64,000 nucleotides of DNA, taken from assembly GCA_903911145.1 (NCBI GenBank), contig CAIWCD010000005.1, positions 1 to 64,000 on the forward strand, in the 5' to 3' direction. Shown here piece by piece: positions 9,367 through 18,206 of this stretch (its first letter is position 1; every line of letters begins with the position of its first letter). The position numbers and the translations under genes were made by a program. The notes beneath the pieces were generated by a model. It was not told the DNA's origin and made no database searches. It saw only the letters and a list, made by a program, of their open reading frames with translations. The DNA is from an uncultured delta proteobacterium (GTDB lineage Bacteria > Myxococcota > Myxococcia > Myxococcales > 40CM-4-68-19).

Positions 9367-11655
9367 ATGCGCGACAACGCGCGAACAGGACTTCTTGTTC
9401 GCCAGGCCAGTGTTCCGCTCGCGCTCGCGTGTTGCACGGTGCTGCTCGTCGTCGGTGCGTTCGCGCCCTCGCCGCGCCACGCGATCGGACGCATCGCCTG
9501 CTGGCTTCTGCTTCTCGCTGCTGATCTTGTCTGCGCGATTCGCACCGTGCGCTTCAGGCTGCGCGCGGGGCGGGCGGATCGCGCACAGCCGCGCAACTGG
9601 TCGATCGAGACAGCGCTGCTTCTCGCCGTCTCGTCGCAGGCGCTGGTGCAACTGACGGGCGGCGTCCGAAGTCCACTGCAGCCGCTTGGCTATCTGGTCG
9701 GCGCGGGGATGATGATCGCGCTGCCTCTGCTGGTGGCTGTGCCGCTCGTGGCCGTGGTGATCGCGCTCGATGCAGCGCTCTTCTTTTCGGCTGGCGCGAT
9801 GCGCACGCAGTGGCCACTGTGGCTCGCGCAGACAGCGTTCACGATTCTCTTCGCCGCGCTCTATCACGCGCTGCTGGCGGCGCAGCTCTGGCGCGCAGGT
9901 CGTGCGGAGCGGACGGCTGTGCGGCGGCGCGTCGCTGACGCCGAGGAGCGGGCGCGCGAGCTGCGTCTGGTGGCGACGGCCGAAGCGCGCGCACGTGCCG
10001 ATGACAGCGAGAGCGGCGAGAGTCTGCTGAGTCCGATCGAGCGTGAGACGCTTGCGGCTGTCTCCGAGATGGAGAGCGCGCTCAAGGGCGCGTTGACGGT
10101 CGCCGAGGCCGCGCTCAAGCCGCACACGGTCGCGGTGTTTCTCTGCTCGCCCGATGGTGCGACGCTGCGTCTGCGCGAGTGCGTCTCGCCGACGGAGAAG
10201 CTCTTCCTGGGTCCGCTTTCTGCGCGCGAAGGTGCGCTCGGTGCGGTCCTCGCGGCAGGTCGCACGGTGCGCCTCGACGGCGATGGCCCCGCGCTCAGCT
10301 ACTACGAAGGCCGCGCGCCGGTGACCTGCTTCCTCGGCGCGCCGCTGATGGCTCGGGCTGATGGCGATCCTTTCCTCGAGAAGCCGGAGGACGATCAGGC
10401 TCCGAGCTCCGATCCGAACGCGCGTTCCAATGACGCTCTCGGCGTGCTGATCGTCGATCGGGCGACTCCATTTTCCTCGGATGAAGAGCGGGCACTTGCT
10501 GCGCTTGCTCGCGAAGTCGCGCGTGCGATCGAGTCGGAGCGCCTGCTCTTCGCGGTGCGGCGCGAGAAGGAAGAGAAGGCCCGATTCTTCCGCGCGCTCG
10601 AGGCGCTCAATCGCACGAGCTCGGCTGCCGATGCCGCGCAGGCTGCGGTCGAGCACGCGCGTTCTCTCTGCGACACGCTCGACCTCTGCGCGATAACGCT
10701 GCGCGAAGGTGGCGATGGCGCAGTGCCGTCGTTCCCTCCGCCGACGTCAGGCCAGCCCCCATCCGCACCTCCGCGCAGCCAGAGCCGCGCTCGCCATCGC
10801 ATTCTCGCCGCGCAGGGAGACGGTTCTGCGGCGCTCCAGGGCCTCACGTTCGCGGACAACCCGGGCCTCGTCTCGAACGTCGTCCGTCTCGGTGCGCCGC
10901 TTCCCGGACGCGATCTCGGCGCAATGGATCGCGTCGTGATCTTCGATGGCAACACGGTGGTTCGCGGGCTCGCGGCGCTGAAGATCTTCCCGCTGCGCGC
11001 GGGCGATGCGGTCGTCGGCACGCTCGTCTGCGGTAGCCGCACCCGCCACGGTCTTCCGATGTCTGCCCAGACGGAACTCGCGATGCTCGCGTTGCAGGCC
11101 GCGGAAGCGCTCGTGCGCGCGCGCCTCTTCGAGGAGACCGAGCGGATGGCCACGACGGACGGCCTGACGGGAATCCTCAACCGCCGCGCGATGGACGATC
11201 TACTCGCGGCCCGCTTTGCCGAAGCTGTTCGCTACAAGCGCCCGCTCGCGTTCCTTCTCTTCGATGTCGACCATTTCAAGAAGGTCAACGACGTGCACGG
11301 CCACCAGGCGGGCGACGCGGTGCTTCGCGGCGTGGCGCAGGTGGCCGCGTCCCAGGCTCGCGACAGCGATCGCGTCGCGCGCTATGGCGGCGAAGAGATG
11401 GCACTGATTCTCCCCGAGACAGACCTCGCGGGAGCGATGGTGATCGCCGAGCGCATCCGCGTTGCCGTCGCTGCCGCCGAGCACGCAACGGAAGGGGGGC
11501 CGCTCAAGGTCACGGTCAGCGCCGGTGTGTCCGTCGTCGGGCCGGGCATCGAGAAGGCGGAGCAGCTCATCGAGGCGGCAGATCAAGCGCTCTATCGAGC
11601 CAAGCAGAGCGGTCGCAATCGCTGCGTCGCCGCTCGCCCTCGCGTCGCCGCATAG
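9367..11655 (+). CDS. Membrane-bound diguanylate cyclase with two GAF-like domains
   Basis: N-terminal hydrophobic helices and GAF-like segments, then TDGLTG.LNRR, DVDHFKKVND.HGHQAGD, RDSD I-site and YGGEEM active site. Confidence 0.9.
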   Translation: MRDNARTGLLVRQASVPLALACCTVLLVVGAFAPSPRHAIGRIACWLLLLAADLVCAIRTVRFRLRAGRADRAQPRNWSIETALLLAVSSQALVQLTGGVRSPLQPLGYLVGAGMMIALPLLVAVPLVAVVIALDAALFFSAGAMRTQWPLWLAQTAFTILFAALYHALLAAQLWRAGRAERTAVRRRVADAEERARELRLVATAEARARADDSESGESLLSPIERETLAAVSEMESALKGALTVAEAALKPHTVAVFLCSPDGATLRLRECVSPTEKLFLGPLSAREGALGAVLAAGRTVRLDGDGPALSYYEGRAPVTCFLGAPLMARADGDPFLEKPEDDQAPSSDPNARSNDALGVLIVDRATPFSSDEERALAALAREVARAIESERLLFAVRREKEEKARFFRALEALNRTSSAADAAQAAVEHARSLCDTLDLCAITLREGGDGAVPSFPPPTSGQPPSAPPRSQSRARHRILAAQGDGSAALQGLTFADNPGLVSNVVRLGAPLPGRDLGAMDRVVIFDGNTVVRGLAALKIFPLRAGDAVVGTLVCGSRTRHGLPMSAQTELAMLALQAAEALVRARLFEETERMATTDGLTGILNRRAMDDLLAARFAEAVRYKRPLAFLLFDVDHFKKVNDVHGHQAGDAVLRGVAQVAASQARDSDRVARYGGEEMALILPETDLAGAMVIAERIRVAVAAAEHATEGGPLKVTVSAGVSVVGPGIEKAEQLIEAADQALYRAKQSGRNRCVAARPRVAA

Positions 11656-11772
11656 CAATCAAAAGCCACGAATCGCTCTCTCGCGTCGCTTTGTCGCTTC
11701 AATTCTCTGTCCGCTCGATCTACGCTTTTCATCTCTGCGCGATGGCGGCCAAACAGGCCTGCTGGGGAGCCC

Positions 11773-13095
11773 TTGAAAAAGAACTACGTCCTCGACACCA
11801 ACGTCCTTCTTCACGATCCGCGCGCTCTCTTCCTCTTCAAAGACAACAACGTCATCGTCCCGATCTATGTGGTCGAGGAGATCGACAAGTTCAAGCGCGA
11901 CCTCTCCGAGCTCGGCCGCAATGCGCGCCAGGTCTCACGCGATCTCGACGCGTTTCGCGAAGAGGGCGGCTCGTTGACCGAGGGCGTTGTCCTCGAGGGC
12001 GGCGGAATGCTGCGCGTGATGTTCACGCAGCGCGAGCTGCCGCGCGAGTTGATGAACGGGCACCTCGTCGACAATCGCATCCTTGCGCTCGCCATCGACG
12101 TGAAGGAGCGCGAGCCGAATCTGAAGTGCGTCTTCATTACCAAGGATATCAACCTCCGCATCCGCGCCGACGCGCTCGGCCTGCAGTGCGAGGATTACAA
12201 GAACGACAAGATCGAGAGCTCCGAGCTCTACATGGGTGTTCGCGAGATCGCGGTCGACAAGTCCGACATCGATCACTTCTACGAGCACGGCGAACTGCCG
12301 CTCGCTGAAAATATGGCCTCGGTCTGCCCGAACGAGTTCGCGCTGCTCAAGGATCGCGCGTCGCCGACCCATACGGCGCTGGCCAAGTTTAATCCCAATA
12401 AAGGGCGTTTCGTCCCGCTCCTTCGCTCATTAAAAGAGGGTGCGTGGGGGTTGAGGCCGCGCAATAAGGAACAGAGCTTCGCGCTCGATCTCTTATTAAA
12501 CGACGAGATTAAGCTGGTCACGATTGTCGGCAAGGCCGGCACGGGCAAGACGCTGCTCGCGATCGCTGCTGGCCTGCACAAGGTCATGGAGGAGCAGGTC
12601 CTCCAGAAGATGCTCGTCTCGCGTCCGGTTTTCCCGCTCGGCAAGGACATCGGCTATCTCCCTGGCTCGGTCGAGGAGAAGCTCAATCCCTGGATGCAGC
12701 CGATCTACGACAACGTCGAGTTTCTAATGGGCTTATCCCGGGCCGATAAGAAGGCCGGCCGCAGCTATAAGGAACTCATCGACCTCGGCATGATCGCGAT
12801 CGAGCCGCTGACGTATATCCGCGGCCGCTCGATTCCCAACCAGTACATCATTGTCGACGAGGCGCAGAACTTAACGCCGCACGAGGTGAAGACGATCATC
12901 ACGCGCGTCGGCGATAACACCAAGATCGTGCTGACCGGCGACCCGTACCAGATCGACAATCCATTCGTGGACGCGACCAACAATGGGCTCATTCACGTCG
13001 TGAACAAGTTCAAGAATGAGAAGCTCGCGGGGCACATCACGCTCACCAAGGGCGAGCGCTCGGCTCTGGCGGAGCTGGCCTCGAACGTCCTTTGA
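11773..13095 (+). CDS. PhoH-family protein, PIN-PhoH (PhoH2/YlaK type)
   Basis: N-terminal PIN motif YVLDTNVLLHDP; Walker A GKAGTGKT; RGRS; IIVDEAQN; GDPYQID. Confidence 0.92.
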   Translation: MKKNYVLDTNVLLHDPRALFLFKDNNVIVPIYVVEEIDKFKRDLSELGRNARQVSRDLDAFREEGGSLTEGVVLEGGGMLRVMFTQRELPRELMNGHLVDNRILALAIDVKEREPNLKCVFITKDINLRIRADALGLQCEDYKNDKIESSELYMGVREIAVDKSDIDHFYEHGELPLAENMASVCPNEFALLKDRASPTHTALAKFNPNKGRFVPLLRSLKEGAWGLRPRNKEQSFALDLLLNDEIKLVTIVGKAGTGKTLLAIAAGLHKVMEEQVLQKMLVSRPVFPLGKDIGYLPGSVEEKLNPWMQPIYDNVEFLMGLSRADKKAGRSYKELIDLGMIAIEPLTYIRGRSIPNQYIIVDEAQNLTPHEVKTIITRVGDNTKIVLTGDPYQIDNPFVDATNNGLIHVVNKFKNEKLAGHITLTKGERSALAELASNVL

Positions 13096-13406
13096 GCGGG
13101 TCCGATGAGAACGCGGCGAGCGGGAAGTCCGCGCCCAGCGAGGCTCCGCGCGCGAAGATCGACTACCCGACCTATTACACGTTCAAGGCGCTCGGCCTGA
13201 CGGGGGGCGTGCGCGGGCCGATGCTCGCGATGCTGCGGACCGTGCTGGGCGCGGACTCAGTGGGCGACGAGGCCGTCACGGCGCGGCCGTCGAGCGGCGG
13301 CAAGTACGAGTCGATCAGTGTGAGCGTCTATCTGCGCAGCGAGGACGAGCGGCGGCGGATCTACGAGGCGTTTCACCTCGAGAAATCGTTCGTCTGGTAT
13401 CTGTAA
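13092..13406 (+). CDS. DUF493/YbeD family protein
   Basis: IDYPTYYTFKALG...RPSSGGKYESISVSV pattern; start overlaps the phoH stop. Confidence 0.8.
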   Translation: MSGSDENAASGKSAPSEAPRAKIDYPTYYTFKALGLTGGVRGPMLAMLRTVLGADSVGDEAVTARPSSGGKYESISVSVYLRSEDERRRIYEAFHLEKSFVWYL

Positions 13407-13412
13407 GGCGCG

Positions 13413-14234
13413 ATGGGAACCTGGGCGACCAGCATTCGTTCCAACGACGCGTTCGCGGATATCTACGACGAGTTTATCGACCGACATAACGACGGCCTCG
13501 CTGCGCAGGAAATCACCGCGCGGCTGATCGCAGAGAATCAAGAGAGCATTCGCACGCCGGAATATGCGCCGAACTTCTGGTTCGCGATCGCGAGCGCGCA
13601 GTGGGAGTGCAAGGCACTCGACCCGGCCGTGCTTGCCATGGTTGAGCGGATTGTTCGCACCGGCGACGATCTGCGGATCTGGAAACAGCAGGATGCAACG
13701 CCTGCGGATCTGAAGAAGCGTGAACAGGCGCTTGAAGAGTTTCTCGCGAAGCTCAAGACGGAGAAGAGCAAGCCGCGCAGACGAGTGAAGAAGCGGCTCT
13801 TCTCCTCGCTCTTCAAGAGGGGCGATTGCCTGACGTATCGGATGGACAACGGCAACTATGGCGGCGCGTTTGTCTTGACGGACGAGCAGAACACGGAGAC
13901 CGGAGCGAACCTCATCGCGGTGACGACGATCAATGCGCCGATGCGTCCCACGCTCGATGATTTCAGGAGCGCGGAAATCTACGTGCAGCGCGACAACAAC
14001 CAGCACTTCGATCGGCCGAGGATTGGTTGCTTCGGGGCGTGGCAATTCACGCCGGGCGCGGTTGAGATCAGAGTTGTCGGTCAGTTGCCGATCCGGAATG
14101 AGTATTCAAATCATTCAAGCACGACCCTCGGATTTGGCTGGGCGACGCTGAAATCCGCGATTCCGCAGCGGCGTGAATACGAGGGGAAGAACGGGGTGGC
14201 GACTCTGCGCGTGATGCTGAGCGAGTGGACGTGA
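13413..14234 (+). CDS. Hypothetical protein, possibly immunity-like (DUF4259-like N-terminus)
   Basis: Clean 273-aa ORF filling the gap before truA. MGTW...SND.FAD.YDEF N-terminus; FKRGDCLTYRMDNGNYGG segment. Confidence 0.6.
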   Translation: MGTWATSIRSNDAFADIYDEFIDRHNDGLAAQEITARLIAENQESIRTPEYAPNFWFAIASAQWECKALDPAVLAMVERIVRTGDDLRIWKQQDATPADLKKREQALEEFLAKLKTEKSKPRRRVKKRLFSSLFKRGDCLTYRMDNGNYGGAFVLTDEQNTETGANLIAVTTINAPMRPTLDDFRSAEIYVQRDNNQHFDRPRIGCFGAWQFTPGAVEIRVVGQLPIRNEYSNHSSTTLGFGWATLKSAIPQRREYEGKNGVATLRVMLSEWT

Positions 14235-14252
14235 TGAGCGCGCGAGCGCCTC

Positions 14253-15077
14253 TTATCGAATCTTCTCGCCCGCGTCGGAGCAGGCCGAACTGAGCAATCC
14301 GAACGGATCGAGTTCTCGCGGATAGTCAACGCGCATCAGCGTGAGCCCATGCGGCGGCGCGCACGCTCCCATCCAGGGCCGCGCGCGGGCGGCGAGTCGG
14401 GCGAGCGAATCGGGCTCGGCCAGGCCCAGCGCGATCGCGGCGAGATGGCCCGCCAGATTGCGCACTTGATGTTTGCGAAAGGCCGGCCCCGCTACGGAGA
14501 GCGCGCAGCGTGTGGCGTCGGCTGAATCGATCGCGATGTTCCATTGCGCGAGCGGCGGAGCAGGGCGGCGATCCGTCGAGGGAGAAGAGAGGCCCGGCAG
14601 CGCGTCGAGTTTGCTCATCTCCTCGAGTGCAGCGCGCGCGCGCGACCAATCAGGCATCGCGGTTGGGCCGAGCTGAAACGCGTCCCGCGACTCCATCGAA
14701 ATTGGCGCGCCCCAGCTGAAGCGATAGCGGTAGCTCTTGCCGATCGCGCTCGAGCGCGCATGGAAGGATGGATGGGCGAGCGATGCGGCGCGCACCGTGA
14801 CCGAAGAGGGAAGCAGCGATCGGAGCGAAGCGGAGAGCTGCTCCACGGCAGCCTCTGTCGCGACCGCCTCCTTCACGAAATGGCAGACCTGGCCTTGCGC
14901 GTGAACGCCTGCATCGGTCCGCGCGGCGCCGAAGATCTGCACTTTGCGGTCGAGTGATTCGCCGAGTGCGCGCTCGATCGCCTCCTGGATCGTCGGCATC
15001 CCGGGCTGTCGCTGCCAGCCGCGAAACGCGCTGCCGTCGTAGGCAAGCAGCAGCGCGCACGGGAGTCGATTTGCCAC
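14253..15077 (-). CDS. truA: tRNA pseudouridine(38-40) synthase, TruA family
   Basis: LAYDGSAFRGWQRQP, ARTDAGVHAQGQ (catalytic Asp), FHAR, APPHGLTL. Confidence 0.88.
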   Translation of the reverse strand: MANRLPCALLLAYDGSAFRGWQRQPGMPTIQEAIERALGESLDRKVQIFGAARTDAGVHAQGQVCHFVKEAVATEAAVEQLSASLRSLLPSSVTVRAASLAHPSFHARSSAIGKSYRYRFSWGAPISMESRDAFQLGPTAMPDWSRARAALEEMSKLDALPGLSSPSTDRRPAPPLAQWNIAIDSADATRCALSVAGPAFRKHQVRNLAGHLAAIALGLAEPDSLARLAARARPWMGACAPPHGLTLMRVDYPRELDPFGLLSSACSDAGEKIR

Positions 15078-15274
15078 CTGTGATTTCTCTCATGCCACGC
15101 GAGTTCGCCTCAAGGCAGGAGCGAAATGAGCCGATGAGTGTGCATGGCCCCCACTCCTTTTTTTGGCGCATCGCGACTCCAGCCGGTATGCTGCAGCTGT
15201 CCTTCGCTTCCGCGAGGGGACGCCAGCGGTTGCTGCAGGATCGTCCCGGCGCGTAGAGTGACTGGAGTGGAGGT

Positions 15275-16573
15275 GTGACGGTGAGCCGGAAGGACAGTCA
15301 TCATCACGGAAACTTGTCCTGCTCGTTCTGCGGCAAGGGCCAGCGCGAGGTGCGTAAGCTCATCGCCGGGCCGACCGTCTACATCTGCGACGAGTGCATC
15401 AAGCTCTGCAACGACATCATCGCCGAGGAGAGCGAGCGCGAGGAGTCGCGGCCTGCGGTTGCGCTGCCTGCTCCTCTCGAGATCAAGACGTTCCTCGACG
15501 ACTATGTGATCGGCCAGGATCGCGCCAAGCGCATCCTCGCAGTGGCCGTCTACAATCACTACAAGCGCATCTATTCGAAGAAGCCGGCCAAGCAGCGCCC
15601 GGGCGTGGCGTCGGCGCGCGCGCAGACCGACTCGGAAGTCGAGCTGCAGAAGTCGAACATCCTGCTCATCGGGCCCACGGGTTCCGGGAAGACGCTGCTC
15701 GCGCAGTCGCTCGCGCGCTTTCTGAACGTTCCGTTCACCATCGCGGACGCGACCTCACTCACCGAGGCGGGATACGTCGGCGAGGACGTCGAGAACATCG
15801 TTCAGAATCTTCTGCACGCGGCCGACTACGACGTCGAGAAGGCCCAGCGCGGCATCGTCTACATCGACGAGATCGACAAGATCGCGCGTCGCGGAGACAC
15901 GCCGAGCGCGACTCGAGATGTCGGCGGCGAAGGCGTCCAGCAGGCGCTGCTGAAGATCATCGAAGGCACGCGCGCCAACGTCACTCCGCGCGGCGGCAAG
16001 AAGTACAATCAACAAGAATATGTGCAGGTCGACACGACCAACATTCTCTTCATCTGCGGCGGCGCCTTCTACGGCATCGAGCAGGTGGTCAAGCGCCGCA
16101 CCGCCGACAAGGGGCTCGGTTTCGGCGCGCAGGTCTCCTCGAAGGACGAGCGCGGCGTCGGCGAGATGCTCGCGCTGATCGAACCGGCCGACCTGACCAA
16201 GTTTGGAATGATTCCCGAGTTCGTCGGCCGTCTGCCGATGCTCGCGACGCTCGACGATCTCACCGAGGAGGATCTCGTCACGATCCTCACGCAGCCGAAG
16301 AACGCGCTCATCAAGCAGTACCAGAAGCTCTTCGAGATGGAGCGCGTGAAGCTCGTCTTCTCGAAGGAGAGCTTGCGGGCGATTGCGCAGGAGGCGATGC
16401 GGCGCAAGGCTGGTGCGCGCGGACTGCGGGCGATCATGGAGAACGCGATGCTGGATATCCAGTACGACGTTCCCTATCGAGACGGCATCAAGGAGTGCAA
16501 GATTTCCGAGGGAGTGATTCTTCGCGGCGAGGAGCCGGCGCTGCAGTTCGAGAAGGATCGCAAGACAGCTTGA
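15275..16573 (+). CDS. clpX: ATP-dependent Clp protease ATP-binding subunit ClpX
   Basis: C4 zinc finger CSFC...[36 protein letters not shown] loop. Confidence 0.97.
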   Translation: MTVSRKDSHHHGNLSCSFCGKGQREVRKLIAGPTVYICDECIKLCNDIIAEESEREESRPAVALPAPLEIKTFLDDYVIGQDRAKRILAVAVYNHYKRIYSKKPAKQRPGVASARAQTDSEVELQKSNILLIGPTGSGKTLLAQSLARFLNVPFTIADATSLTEAGYVGEDVENIVQNLLHAADYDVEKAQRGIVYIDEIDKIARRGDTPSATRDVGGEGVQQALLKIIEGTRANVTPRGGKKYNQQEYVQVDTTNILFICGGAFYGIEQVVKRRTADKGLGFGAQVSSKDERGVGEMLALIEPADLTKFGMIPEFVGRLPMLATLDDLTEEDLVTILTQPKNALIKQYQKLFEMERVKLVFSKESLRAIAQEAMRRKAGARGLRAIMENAMLDIQYDVPYRDGIKECKISEGVILRGEEPALQFEKDRKTA

Positions 16574-16631
16574 ATTGAAACCGGAAGAGCGCGCGCCCGC
16601 ACTGGTGGCGGTCGCGGCGAGGTTTCGGTGG

Positions 16632-16660
16632 GGTCGGCGAAATGCCGGCCTTTTGTTTTT
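16632..16660 (+). terminator. Rho-independent terminator of clpX
   Basis: GGTCGGC-gaaat-GCCGGCC hairpin followed by TTTTGTTTTT. Confidence 0.75.
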
Positions 16661-16676
16661 CTGGAGTCCGCTTCGA

Positions 16677-18188
16677 TTAATGCTGCGTCACGCGCACGGT
16701 GGTCTTCATCTGCTTGCCCGTGTCGACGTCGCGCGCACTCATCGTGAGAATCCCCTCGATGCTCACGTTGAAGGTGATCTCGAGCTGCGCCGCTCCAGCG
16801 GGGCCTGCGCGCAATCCAGAGAAGAGGAAGTCGCCGAGCAGCTCGTTGTGCGAGACCTCGGGGTTGTCGCCCTGGAAGATGCGCATCGCCACTTCGGTCT
16901 GGCCGTCGTAGCTGGTGGTCGCGTCGATCACCTTCGCGTTCGGGATCGCTGCGTTGCGCGTGAAGACGGTGTGGAACTCGCCCCCCGCGCGCTCGATGCC
17001 AATCGCCATCGGGAGCACGTCGAGCAGCTGCAGCCGCAGGGAAGAGTTGTCGAGCAGCGACTCGCCGTAGAGCGCCGCGCCGATCGCCACGGCCTCGTCG
17101 GGATGAACGCCCTTGCTCGGCGGCTTGCCGAACATCGCGGTGAGCCGATCCTGCACGCACGGCATGCGCGTCTGGCCGCCGACGAGGAGGAGCTGGTCGA
17201 CCGTTTGGGGCGTCATCCCCGCGTCCTTCAGAACGCGCTCGAGGATCACCACCGTGCGATCGACGAGCGGACCGGTGAGCTCCTCGAGCATCTTGCGCGT
17301 GAAGGTGAAGTCGATGTTGAGCGGCTGCCCCTGCGGCGTCATCGTCACGAAGGGCACCGAGAAGCGCGCCGATTCGCGGAACGAGAGATCGATCTTCGTG
17401 CGCTCCGCGAGATCCTTGATCCGCTGCATCGCGACTGGGTCGTTCGAGAGATCGATCTTGTGCTGGGCGGAAAACTGTTCAAGCACGTGCTCGATGATCG
17501 CCTGATCGAAATCCAATCCGCCGAGGAAGATGTCTCCGCCTGTGGCCTTTACCTCGAAGACGCGATCGCGGATCTCGATGATCGAGACGTCGAAGGTGCC
17601 CCCGCCGAGATCGTAGATCACCACGGTCTCGTGCAGATTCTTCCCGATGCCGTAGGCGAGCGCGGCCGCGGTCGGCTCGTTGATGATGCGCGCGACCTCG
17701 AGGCCAACCAGCTTGCCGGCATCCTTGACCGCCTGCCGCTGGCGATCGCTGAAGTAGGCCGGCACGGTGACGACAGCGCGCGTGACCTTCTCTTGCAGAT
17801 GGTCCTGCGCGATGCTGACGATCTTGCCGAGGATCTTCGAGCTGATTTCGGCGAGGCGGAAGTTCCTGTTCCCGACGTCGAGAAGCACGTCGTTGCGCTC
17901 GCCCGGCTTCATCCCGTAGGCGACCTGGCCCTTCATCTGCTCGACGACATCCGATGCATAGGAGCGGCCGATCAATCGCTTGCTTGCATAGACGGTATTG
18001 CGCGGATTGAGCTGCCACTGGCGTTTTGCCTCGTGGCCGATCAGCTCGTTCCCTTTCTCGTCGATGGCGAAGATCGAGGGAATGATCGACTCGCCGCCCT
18101 TATATGGAATGAGCTTGACCGAGCCGTTTGTCGCGATGGCCGCGCAGCTGTTGGTGGTGCCGAGGTCAATGCCGATGATCTTGCTCAC
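16677..18188 (-). CDS. Hsp70 (DnaK-like) chaperone, 503 aa, lacking the helical lid
   Basis: GTG at 18188 gives (M)SKIIGIDLGTTNS; RIINEPTAAALAYG; YDLGGGTFDVS; protein ends after the beta substrate-binding domain. Confidence 0.92.
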   Translation of the reverse strand: MSKIIGIDLGTTNSCAAIATNGSVKLIPYKGGESIIPSIFAIDEKGNELIGHEAKRQWQLNPRNTVYASKRLIGRSYASDVVEQMKGQVAYGMKPGERNDVLLDVGNRNFRLAEISSKILGKIVSIAQDHLQEKVTRAVVTVPAYFSDRQRQAVKDAGKLVGLEVARIINEPTAAALAYGIGKNLHETVVIYDLGGGTFDVSIIEIRDRVFEVKATGGDIFLGGLDFDQAIIEHVLEQFSAQHKIDLSNDPVAMQRIKDLAERTKIDLSFRESARFSVPFVTMTPQGQPLNIDFTFTRKMLEELTGPLVDRTVVILERVLKDAGMTPQTVDQLLLVGGQTRMPCVQDRLTAMFGKPPSKGVHPDEAVAIGAALYGESLLDNSSLRLQLLDVLPMAIGIERAGGEFHTVFTRNAAIPNAKVIDATTSYDGQTEVAMRIFQGDNPEVSHNELLGDFLFSGLRAGPAGAAQLEITFNVSIEGILTMSARDVDTGKQMKTTVRVTQH

Positions 18189-18206
18189 GGGTGTTACGAT
18201 ATCACG
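18189..18206. promoter_or_regulatory. Putative bidirectional promoter with overlapping -10 boxes
   Basis: Plus strand TACGAT (18195-18200) is 6 nt before ATG 18207; minus strand TATCGT (18201-18196) is 7 nt before GTG 18188. Confidence 0.6.

Noticed and set aside
16575..18206. N-terminal extension making PrkA a 1291-aa protein
   Set aside because: It is the antisense shadow of the Hsp70 gene; PrkA homology begins at ATG 18207.
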